This document shows positions 1 through 10,285 of a stretch of DNA of 64,000 nucleotides, piece by piece. Under the pieces are notes generated by a model. The model was not told where the DNA came from and searched no databases. It saw only the letters and a program-made list of their open reading frames with translations. Source of the DNA: Gnetum montanum. Taxonomy: Eukaryota > Plantae > Gnetophyta. Location of the stretch: NCBI GenBank assembly GCA_015680685.1, contig MNCI01002105.1, positions 124,001 to 188,000 of the forward strand. Direction: 5' to 3'. Made by a program: the position numbers and the translations under genes. Position 1 is the first letter of the stretch. Each line of letters starts with the position of its first letter.

Positions 1-2536
1 TGTCATCAACAACCCCCTGGATAAATGTGAATTTATCAGGGAATTCAGCCCGAGGCTCAGCATGAACCGGAGTGGGTCCCGCAGCATCAGCGGTAGCATT
101 TGTCGCATAACCAAATACATTAGCAATGACCAAAGCCGAATATGATAAGGCAGACATGTTGCCAAACTCACCAACATCCGACGATGGTCTTTCTTTTGGC
201 TGACGCAAAATGATGGCGGAGGCCTGGCCGAAAGTTCCTCCTAGGTCCATATGGACCTCCTCTTCACGTGCTGGTGCTTTTCCCTTGAGGAGACCAGTGT
301 CTTATTTATTCAAGGGGGAATCCTCAATGGGAGAATTCTCCCTAATAACGAGAGCCCCTACCCTAGCCACAGGAGCTCTCCTCTTTGTGACCGGAGCCCC
401 TCTTGTCAAAACTGGGGCCTCCGTGTCCTTATTTGTCGCTACCAGAGCCCCTCTCGTCAAAATTGGGGCCTCCGCTTCTTTATTCGTTGCCCACGTCTTA
501 GGGGCCGACACCTCTTCGTCACTTACTTCTCCTTCTTCTCTCTCTTTTGATGGTCAGACACGTTAGCATTAATTCAAAACAAATTAGCCCAAGGTAGATG
601 CTACACTACGCTACGCTACCTAGCGTAGCATAGTGTAGCAGACCACAACAAAGTTAGCATTGAACAAAAATCACTTACCAACAGGAGGTCGCGTCCTCTG
701 CAGTTTGAGCCGCAGTCTTCGCCCTTCCTCCTCCTCCACATGTAGGGTTAGGGGAGGCCTCTTCCACTGCAACATGCTAGCAACCGTTTCAGCTATAAAA
801 TGCTCATCCTGTGATACACTACCGTCCACGGCGAGGGGCCTCTCTCCTACATTATCCTGGCCTCAAACGTTATGAGCCACTTGATCCTTAGTCGTTACGG
901 AAAATGACTCCCCAACTACATCTGGGGGATCCTGGGCTTGGATGGTCCAGAGGACCTGGCAAATCCAAGGTTTGGAAATCTAGTTGCGATTCCGCAAAAC
1001 CTAGTTTCCTCTCTCTCGAACCACCAGGAATTCCGCGAAGCGCTTAAGGCAACCTATATAAAAGGTGTAGTGGATGTTGGATCAGGCCTCCGTCTTCTCA
1101 CAGTGTCCCAAGATCTTGGCCTGCAAGCCTTTGCACAGGGACTCGGCCCAGTTGTAGCGAGTCCCCTCCTCCATGACCTTGCGCATGATCCATGCTTGCT
1201 CAAGTCCCATGACCTTCCCTTGGGTGAGTAGTTGGGGGAATGCGCGAGCACAAAAAATAGGATAGAACTCCTTAATGGGTCCTTCCTTGAGCTTCTCCAT
1301 GGGGAGCCCCTTACGCTCTTTGGTAAGCCCTAGCCACTCTTCGAGGTCCTTCTTCTCAAGGATCAAGTCCATCCTAGATTTTGACCCCACCTGAATGCCT
1401 TCAGCAGGGATGTCGAACAGATCCACAAACAACTGGTCATTGATGTCAATGATCACCCGCACGCCATGCATGCTCAGGCGAAAATGGCCCACCTTGTCAA
1501 AAAAGCACCCGATCAAGGTGAGTATCTCGGTCGCGGGAATGTTCGGATTTGGGGCCAAGAATAAATCCATAAGCCCCACCTTCTTGATGTTCTAAAGAAG
1601 GGCGTCCGAAGCCCTGGTGTTCAACCAGTGTTGGCTCCTCGCTACTTTCCCATTCTTGAAGTAGATGTTCGCTCCTTGAGCCCCAGTGGCTATTGTCATC
1701 ACCTCCTTAGGTTCCTTCGCCCCTGCTACAAATTCACAAAACGTTTAGCACAAAGACGCAAGAAATTCAAAATTTACAAAGGCATTCAAATACATACCAA
1801 CTATCGCTCAACCTACCAAAACAGTACGGTAGTGGGAACTCTGGGAGCTCAACCAGAACTTCTTCAACCATGACTAGTTTGAAGGGTTTCATCCACTCCC
1901 TGTCCAACCAGCCCGGCTAAGTAAGTGTGGTATTTGCCTCCACATTGGCAAATCATGCCTACCCATAGGTTCTGGGTGGAAGAGAACTCCTGTAGGGCTA
2001 GCTGTGTCATGGCCAGTTGATCCGAAAGGTCATTAACTCCCGCCTCGTCGAGGAAGAACCTGGTAGCAAACCCATACTGTTAGCATTAGGCCACCTTGGC
2101 CAAAATCGCACAAACATAGCAAAACGAAGTTGCAAAACCCACCCGCCAGCAACGTAGACCATTCCTTGAGGGTTCTAGAAGCACATTGTCATGAAACATG
2201 CAAGGAACAACATGTTGAAGTGGTGGTAGCAGTCATACTCGATCATCTCCCATACAACAATGGTGCAACGTTTATGCATTTGTCGCGGCCGAGATGGAAA
2301 TGACAGTAATGCAGGGGTAAAAATGACATGATAACAACCAGAAAACATAGACAGTCGAGAGCAGATGCAAAGCTGATAGGACATGAAACAAAACAAAACA
2401 AAAATGGTAGAGGAGGCGTAACTTACTGGTTCAATGTCATGTTCCATCATCCCACAACGTGTGATTGTGTCACGCATGCCAGGGTCTTCTTCGCCTCATT
2501 GACCTTCGCAAGTGTCAGATGGGTCTTAGGAGCCAT
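1..2536 (-). pseudogene. Antisense multi-exon retroelement accessory gene (plant-transposon / env-like extra-ORF type domain), disrupted
   Basis: ATG GCT CCT AAG (MAPK..) at 2536 with an ATAAATAG box at ~2690. Minus-strand donors GTAAGT (2426), GTATGT (~1797) and GTAAGT (~678), with CTAAC/CTAAA branch points and AG acceptors (~2060, ~1727, ~545). Core ORF 1082-1579 aligns to the minus-strand remnant at 59970-60430. Confidence 0.6.
391..491. repeat. 51-bp tandem duplication within the last visible exon of the antisense gene
   Basis: CCRGAGCCCCTCTYGTCAAAAYTGGGGCCTCCG.. occurs at 391 and 442 and reads EAPxLTRGA twice on the minus strand. Confidence 0.8.
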
Positions 2537-2869
2537 TATCCCAATTGCAGATGAACACTCCTCGCTGGGAAAATTCGCCTTGCTAATCGATAACACAATC
2601 GCTTCGCGCTCCGAAATCACCTTGTGCTCTGATGTGAGTTCTGCGTTCTTACAGTAAAAATGGAAAAATTGCTAGGGCCTAATCCCTATTTATGGCTACG
2701 AGGGAAAAATGGGGAAACTTGCCGCCTTCCCTCTCCGATTAATGTGGAGCGTGACGTAGAGTGTAGCATGCTCGCCACGACATCATAGCATTGTTGGCAT
2801 TAAAGCCTTGACACACTTCGAGTCAGTTGCGTGCTTTTTCGAGAACAAAAAAGTATATATTTGTGATAG

Positions 2870-3355
2870 ATTTGAAAAGACCTTAAACTAGCAATCCTAG
2901 CAACCACAACATGACGGGTCCAAAAAGACCTTAAATTAGCAATCCCAGCGTAGTTACATTTCTAACAGTTTGGAAAGACCCTAAACTAGCAATCTCGACC
3001 TGTTACATTCACAATCCATAATAATATGGACGGTTTTGCATCTTTCTAAAGTTTCACACTTCCATATTGGCAACATCACCATTTCTAGCAGTTTCGTGTT
3101 AGTAGTCTGTGTGTCCTGTCCTAACGGTTTTGCATTTCGAATACTTACCTTTACTCATTCTGCATACCATCATTCTGCATGTTAAAACTTTGCATGTTAC
3201 AATCTGGCAGTCCGAAATGACATTAAACTAACAACTTGGCTTTTGCATGTTGACGGTTTCACAGCTTTGCGCCTTTGCATTAGAAACTTTACATCTATAG
3301 CAGTTTGCACTCTTACGCCGTGACGGTCCGCCATGACCTTAAACTAGCAAACTTT
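2870..3355. repeat. Dispersed copies of the motif GACCTTAAACTAGCAA in the non-coding spacer upstream of RT
   Basis: Copies at ~2879, 2927, 2977, 3219 and 3335. Confidence 0.75.
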
Positions 3356-3427
3356 AATCTTTACATCATCACACTTCGCAAGTTGTATCTCGCTATTACT
3401 TTGCATGTTTTCGATCGATATGTGCAG

Positions 3428-6400
3428 TCTCTACCAACAAATGCCCCTTAACCAGGCTTTTGTCTCATGTTGGCAAGTCGAGCAAGAGATGGAAGTCCAT
3501 TGCGACCTCTCCATGCCTTTAACACTAGCAGGTCCATAGGGCAAGCTCGCGAGGCAGTTGGACCCCAACATGATTGACTAGGGGTTGACCACAGTTAGCA
3601 CCATAGCAATCTTAGAAGCATCCCCAGACTGGCTCGAGCATCTAGTCAAAGCCCTAGATTTAGAGGCCAAGGATGTGATCGAGGACCCTCTTGTCGAGAC
3701 GCCCATCACCACCTCTAAAGGGGAGATAAAAACACTAAAACTTAGCTCCCTTTTAGACGCACAAATGCACAACAGTGTAGCCAAGATCCTGCAAGATAAT
3801 ATCAATGCCTTCGCATGGTCGTACAACGACATGCCGGGTCTAGATCCGTGGCTGATTCAGCACAACATCGTCCTAGACCCGCGCATGAAGGTAGTCAAGA
3901 AAAAGGCTCGCAAAATTAAACTGGAAATCGCATTGGCTGTGAGGGATGAAATCACCAAGCTATACCAAGCTGGTTTCATCCGCGCAGTTGATTACTTAGA
4001 GTGGGTGTCCAACATCGTTGTAGTTTCAAAGAAAACGGGAGGAATACACATCTGCATAGACTTCTCAAACTTGAATAAGGCAACGATCAAGGACAACTTC
4101 CCACTCCCAAGCATCGATCGACACCATGGTTGGTCACGCCCTACTATCCTTTATGGATGATTTCTCCAGTTATAACAAAATCCACATTAACCCAAAGCAT
4201 CAACTATCAATGACCTTTATGACACCATGGGGTACCTTTTGCTACACCATGATGCCTTTTAGGCTCAAAAATGCTGGGGCAACATGTCAGCAAGCCATGA
4301 CCTACATTTTCAGCAATTACATCCTAGGAACGTTAAACGACTATATGGATGATACAACCATCAAGTCCAAGGAGGCAGCTGATCACCCACGTGACCTAGG
4401 AATCGTCCTCAAGTGCTGTCAAAGGCACAAACTGCGCCTCAATCCTAAGAAGTGCATCTTTGGGGTGAAGACTGGACGCATGTTAGGGTTCGTAGTATCA
4501 GAGGCTGGAATACGGGTGGACCCTGACAAAGTCAAGGCCATCGTCAACCTGGCACCCCCCATAAACCTTAAGGAGCTATGTGGCTTGCAGGGTAGAGTAC
4601 AATTTATTCAAAGGTTCATAGCAAGGTTGATTGACAAGTTACACCCCATGCAACATCTTCTAAAGAAGGGGGTTAACTTCGAATGGATAACTTAGGGTCA
4701 ACAAGCCTTCAATGACTTGAAGAAGGAGCTTTCACATCTCCCGACCGTGCATCCGCCACAAAGAGATAAACCCTTCTTCATCTACCTTGCCACCTCTGAC
4801 ACATCTGTCGCCGCATTGCTATGTTAGAAATGAAATGACGGTTCTGAAACATTGGTGTATTATCTGAGCCATGCACTAATAGCACACGAGACAAAATACA
4901 ATGAAGTAGAGAGGAATTGCCTTGCCTTAGTGTTCGCACTAAAAACGTGGAGGCATTACCTGTTCCACAGTACAACCAACATCATTTGAAAGAGCAACAT
5001 ACTTCAAGCTATTACCAACAACCTATACAAAAGTAGCAGGATAGCCCGATGGAAAGAAATAACTGCGGAGTTCGATTTACACTATGTAAGTCAATCGTCG
5101 ATGAAGGGTCAAGCCATAGCGACCCAACTCACAACCTCGCCCGTCGACGACCAGGCCACCATAGACCCCGAATTCCCGGACAAACATGTTAGCAAGGTCA
5201 ACATTGTCCCGTTGCATCTTGAAGCCACTTTACACTTTGACGGCACATCAACCGCACGAGGAGGTAGCGCAGTCGCTGTCATCACCTTCCCTTCTGGGGA
5301 AATGTATGCATTCGCTTATCGATTTACGTTCCCATGAACCAACAATGTGGTAGAATATGAAGGGCTAGTCAGAGGCCTCTTTACTGCCCAAACACTGCAC
5401 ATACAACACTTGGCAATCTAGGGAGATTCACAACTAGTCATGAATCAAATCACTAAGGTCTACGCCTGCAAGGCTATGCACCTGCAATCCTATTGCGACC
5501 TAGAAAGAACCCTGCTTAAGCAATTTGAAACCACAGATGTGTGACATGTACCATGCAACGAAAACACCGTAGTAGACGTCTTAGCCACCCTTGCTTTAAA
5601 CATTCCATCACATTCCTTGGCAAACCTGCCAACATCAATTATCGAATGCGCAAAGCCTATCACTCAAGTGGAACACATGGCCTTTGTCAGCACTGCGGAT
5701 ACCCAGGAGTGGTATGCCGACATTAAGCCTTACCTACCACACGGCAAGCCCCCAGGTGGATTGACATCTGCTCAGAGAGATTTAATCCGTAGGTGTGCTC
5801 GGCAATACATGCTCATGGGAAATAACGTCCTATGCCAATGTTCCTATGACAGGATATTGATGGCATGCGTGGGTGGGGAGCAGGCGCAGACGGTAGTTAA
5901 TGAAGTGCATGAGGGGCTTTGTGGCAGACACATAGCACCTAGGGCTATGGCTGCGAAAATCAGACGCCTAGGGTACTACTAGCCCCACATGGAACGTGAC
6001 TGCCTGTCGAAAGTCAAGATGTGCGACACGTGCCAGAGATATGCAAATCTCATACACATAGCACCCATAGACCTACATCCAACACAAATCACATGGCCCT
6101 TCCAACGATTGGGACTAGACCTCATAGGGCCTATCACGCCTAAGTCCTCCGTGGGGCATAGTTTCATTATCATCGCCACTGAGTACTTTACCAAGTGGGT
6201 GGAGGCTATCCCCCTAAGGAGGATGACATCTTAACAAATTTTCCATTTCATCTTAGACAACATCGTAACCAGATTTGGTCTTCCCATGACTATTGTGATA
6301 AAAAATAGGCCATAGTTCAGCAGTACGGAAACCCGAACCTTCTGCAAAAATCTAGGCATTAAATAATCATTTTCTTCCCCCTATTATCCGCAGGTGAATG

Positions 6401-6924
6401 GATAGGCGGAGGTTATAAATAAGTCCATCATCAACTTGCTGAAGTAGATGCTCAACAACAACAAGAGATGGTGGCATGAGCAAATTCTCTACGTCCTGTG
6501 GGCCTACCGAATGACATGCCGGACTGCCACAAGTAAGACTCATTACAACCTTGTTTATGGATCTGAAGTTGTGTTGCCTCTTGAGTTGCAGGTACCCTCG
6601 CTTTGGATGATCCTGTCTGACATCGTGAGCGAAGCCCAGAACAACACGTCACGAACCATCGACCTCGACTCAATCGAGGAGGAGCACATGCAGAAGTTGA
6701 GATGCATTAAGCACTACCAGAGCAAGCAGCAGCAGAAGCATCGTGCAGATCCATGCTAGTGACCATTGCAGAAGGGAGACCTCGTCCTCAAGGCAGTCAA
6801 CTAGGAAGGCCCTTACGTGGTAACCAATGCCTTCGGGAATGGAGCCTTTAAGCTGGTAGACATGAACGGAAATGAGTTTGCCAACCTAGTGAATCATTCG
6901 TTTCTCAAGCTGTTCTACGTCTGA
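3428..6924 (+). pseudogene. pol remnant (reverse transcriptase, RNase H, archaeal-type RNase H, integrase) with stops and frameshifts
   Basis: FAWSYNDMPGLD, WVSNIVVVSKK, ICIDFSNLNKA, DNFPLP, YTMMPFRLKNAGAT, YMDD and LNPKKCIFG (RT). LHFDGTS, NNVVEYEGL and GDSQLV (aRH). HEGLCGRH..CDTCQ, WPF..GLDLIGP, EYFTKWVEA and LWAYR (INT). Ends LKLFYV* at 6924. Confidence 0.95.
5210..5610 (+). other. Additional (archaeal-type) RNase H domain between RH and INT, diagnostic of the Tat clade
   Basis: LHFDG..GG.A.AVI..PSG..F.F..TNN..EYE.L..GDS.LV..Q motifs. Confidence 0.85.
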
Positions 6925-6944
6925 GGCACAACAACATCGAGCAC

Positions 6945-7207
6945 CATCCACTACGACATTAAATTGGCAATAGCACCGAGCAGCGTCTGCAACGACGATA
7001 AACTAGCGGCATCAAGCACCGTTTGCTACGACGTTAAAATGGCAACGACATCGAGCACCGTCTGCTATGACATTAAACTGGCGACAACAGTAAGCAGCGT
7101 CTGCTACGACGATAAACTGGCATGTACAGTTTGTTGGGACCTTAAACCAGCACAGCAATCCGCTGGGACCCTAAACCAGCACACGGTCTACCAAGACCTT
7201 AAATTGG
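6945..7207 (+). repeat. Tandem array of ~30-39-bp units with core TACGACnTTAAACTRGC, immediately after integrase
   Basis: About 8 units; read in frame they give YDxKLA(T)xSS.VC repeats (ORF 6964-7335). Confidence 0.85.
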
Positions 7208-8206
7208 ATTTGCGTCGCATCACCAGCATGCATCAACACCAAATACACATCAAACAAGTGAGCGTGATCCCGACACATGGGTGGGTCGTTGTAGCCCTAG
7301 AACGCAGTTCACAACATAATGGGAATGTGGTCTAGAGCATACGTGGCATTGCCACCCTTGGCATCATGCTGATCCTCTGAAGATGTTGTAGGGCATTATA
7401 TTGGCCTTCCGGACATACTGTCGCACGACCCCTTGCCCTGACGGTAGTTCCTTGACCAGTTCCTACGCCTGGGGTTTCGGCAATATTGTGGGCTAGCTAC
7501 AATATTTCCACCCTTCTGCCCCTTGCCAACGACATTTGGCTATGTGGTACCTAACCCCATAGCTGAACCGGTAACGCATGCCCTTAGCAAGGATTCGAGT
7601 GCATCCACACTCACAATGGCGCCCCTGAGGCCGGTCCCTCTACGCCAATGCTACCAAGGTCGCTGATGGCCTTCCTACTTTGGACATTGTACACTAGCCA
7701 CGATGTTTAAAAGCTGTAATAACACCAGTAGCCAGCAAGACCTTTGCCCCCGAGGGAACAGCTTGCGATAGCAGAAAATGTTACAGCGCTGCAAAGTGAG
7801 TGCCTCGACTAGCCCAGCTACTTCAGCAGAGTGCAAATTTTGTGATGTGTGTAACATAGCTCGTTGCATGGAAAGCATCTATAGGCAGGTCAAAACCTTT
7901 CACTAGTGTAATACAACTCATCCTGCAAAGGAAACACCTGTCCTACGAGAGGTTGAAGAACAACGCCAACCAAAGATGAAAACGCAAACGAGCCCCTCAC
8001 GAACACTTCGACGAGGGACTCTGCTAAACATCATCTTTGCTCTCTGCCTTAGCCTCTGCAAAACCAATGCAACACTCTCAGGAGTAGTCAAGCGATGTCT
8101 CGACACTCACCAAGTGACAACCTTAGCATTTTGCCTGCTGTGGTGTTTCGTATTCTTTGTCGATGTTTATCAAGCCTGTTCTCCAAACGTCAACAAAGAG
8201 GGCCAA

Positions 8207-8938
8207 TGAAACACCCCAAAAAATGCAAGGTCATTCTTGCTTCACCAGGCATAGTACTTCGCGTAGCGTCATGGCAGTTCATCGGGAGGAGAACACCCTG
8301 AGTTCAGGGCAGCCAATTCGGAAAATTTTCTACTTTGGGCATGAACAGGCTCTACGGGTCACCCTACCTGTTCATCCAAGTAGCTCGCCTAGTCGATAGC
8401 CTGCTCAGAAAACGACGCACGGAGTTGGCAGCAGCATTCTAGATGCGTAAGAAATAGTTTGGCAATTTTTCTAAGGCATGAAGTCTGCTACGCTCTGCTA
8501 TGTAGCATAGTAAACTTCAGAAAACATTTGCAAAGCGAAGTGTCACACTACGCTACGTTACGAAGTGTAGCGTAGCAAAAATCATACAGCCAGTTTCACG
8601 ACCCAATTTCAAGTCCTTCAAATGTCCCTTTCCGTTAAAAAGCGGCGAACCGTATCTACTGCTACGCTACGCTAAACTACATGGCACAGCAAGGCGTAGC
8701 AATCTTGTGGAAGAGACAGAAGGTAGCTCAAAGAACAAGGCCAACAAAGTTGCAAGCTCCACAGTGCAGGAAGTAAGGTTTGCAGATTGGTCAATTTTTC
8801 TACGACTAAGGCCAGACGCTACGCTACATAGCATAGCAAGCATGTAACATGTGTAGTGGAAAGCAGGAAAACGTACCACACTATGCCAAGCATGCCATGC
8901 TACAACGCACGACGAGGCATGCGGGTGGTTGTGCGACA
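8207..8938 (+). repeat. 3' LTR of T1 (possibly partial)
   Basis: Starts TGAAACACC right after the PPT. Has AAATTTTCTA and GCTACGCTAC/GTAGCGTAGC motifs like the T2 LTRs. Confidence 0.55.
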
Positions 8939-10285
8939 TCAATGCACTTCACTTAATTGGACCGTTGGCACATGTCTCCAGATGTTGATGGCGCAATTAC
9001 GACATGGCAGGCTCACAGTTGCAGCATGGCAGGTTTTTAATTAGTCATGGGGGTTATAATAAATAATCAATAAGTTGTGTCAATGCATGCTTGTTGATGT
9101 AGCCTTGTCAATGCATCCTAATATGCATTAACGTGTGTCAATGTTGACCCTTCCAAAGCCTATATAAGCACACACACCAATCATATTTAAGGCATCTTTG
9201 TTCATCTCTCTTACATTTTTTTTCAATAGGACTTAGTGAAATTTTCCTCTGAGTACCTATAGTGTGGATTGAATTGATTATACAAAATTTTATTCAAGTG
9301 TAAGATGTACCTAGACATAGTTACATGAAAGAAAACAAAATCAAGATTTCTTCTCTCCATTGCAGCACTTGGATTAGTTTAAGTTTACTTTTAAGGAGTT
9401 TGCTTTACATGCAGTTTACTTTCTTGTACTTAAGTGTTAATATCTTACTTCATAAGTAACGTGAGTATGACCACTTTGAGCATAATGTACTAATGATTTG
9501 TAATCCTAATAGTAAATACTTGGTACGTCCAACAGTGCAATGGTTAGTGTATACATTGAGAATGTGCATGGAAAGTGGGAATGGATGCTCCACATTTAAA
9601 ATAGTTTAGATATTAATCAATTAAAGTTTAATATTCTAACCACTTCCTTTCTTAGTATGTTTTAAAATAATAAAATAATAAGTATAGATATCTTACACCT
9701 CAATCACACTTAGCCATATGGATGAAGTTAACACAAGTGATGATTAGGAAGATAATAACCAATAATCGTACATTTTTACTATCTAAGACATAGGCCACTT
9801 AGTTAGAAGGTGCCCATGGAATTCAACTAGATCATGTGTACATGCTTGTGATTCATATGGTTCGGTATAGGCTATGCATCAAAAGAATCCAATTCATGGA
9901 AGTGAGGAATCAAGGATTTGTGATTCTAAACATTTTTTGATATGTGTGCCTCAAGAAAAACTGGGGACGGGTTCGTAGCTGGGAACGTGATAGAGAAAAT
10001 TTAAATATATTAGTTTTTTTAAAAAATTAAATCTCATATATCATAAAAAACATTGTAGAATATAGAATAAGTATAATGCAAATTCAAAATATTGTAAATG
10101 CTTAAAAATTACACAAAAGATTGCAATGAAACATTAAGTATTAAGTCTCATATTTGTTATAAAATATTTTAGTGTTATCATATATGTGTGTGTGATAACG
10201 TTACAAAATTATTTATCTTTTTCCAAATCACAAAAAACTTTCTTGCCAAAGCTTAGAAGCTATCACATTGTTCAAATTTTTATTT

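Larger units (their letters stand above)
1..8938 (+). mobile_element. Ty3/gypsy Tat-clade LTR retrotransposon (element T1). The 5' part lies outside the window and the 3' end is uncertain.
   Basis: RT-RH-aRH-INT remnants at 3428-6924. PPT-like AACAAAGAGGGCCAA followed by an LTR start TGAAACACC at 8207; this junction is homologous to the 3' junction of element T2 (38692, minus). The end at 8938 (..TGCGACA) is a guess. Confidence 0.85.

Noticed and set aside
6945-7207. Repeat-spacer pattern resembling a CRISPR array
   Set aside because: The spacers are related to each other, the repeats are degenerate, there are no cas genes, and the context is a plant retrotransposon.
6964-7335. 123-aa ORF with YDxKLA repeats
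   Set aside because: It is open only because the repeat unit lengths are multiples of three, and it has no canonical ATG. The same DNA motif occurs in non-coding contexts.
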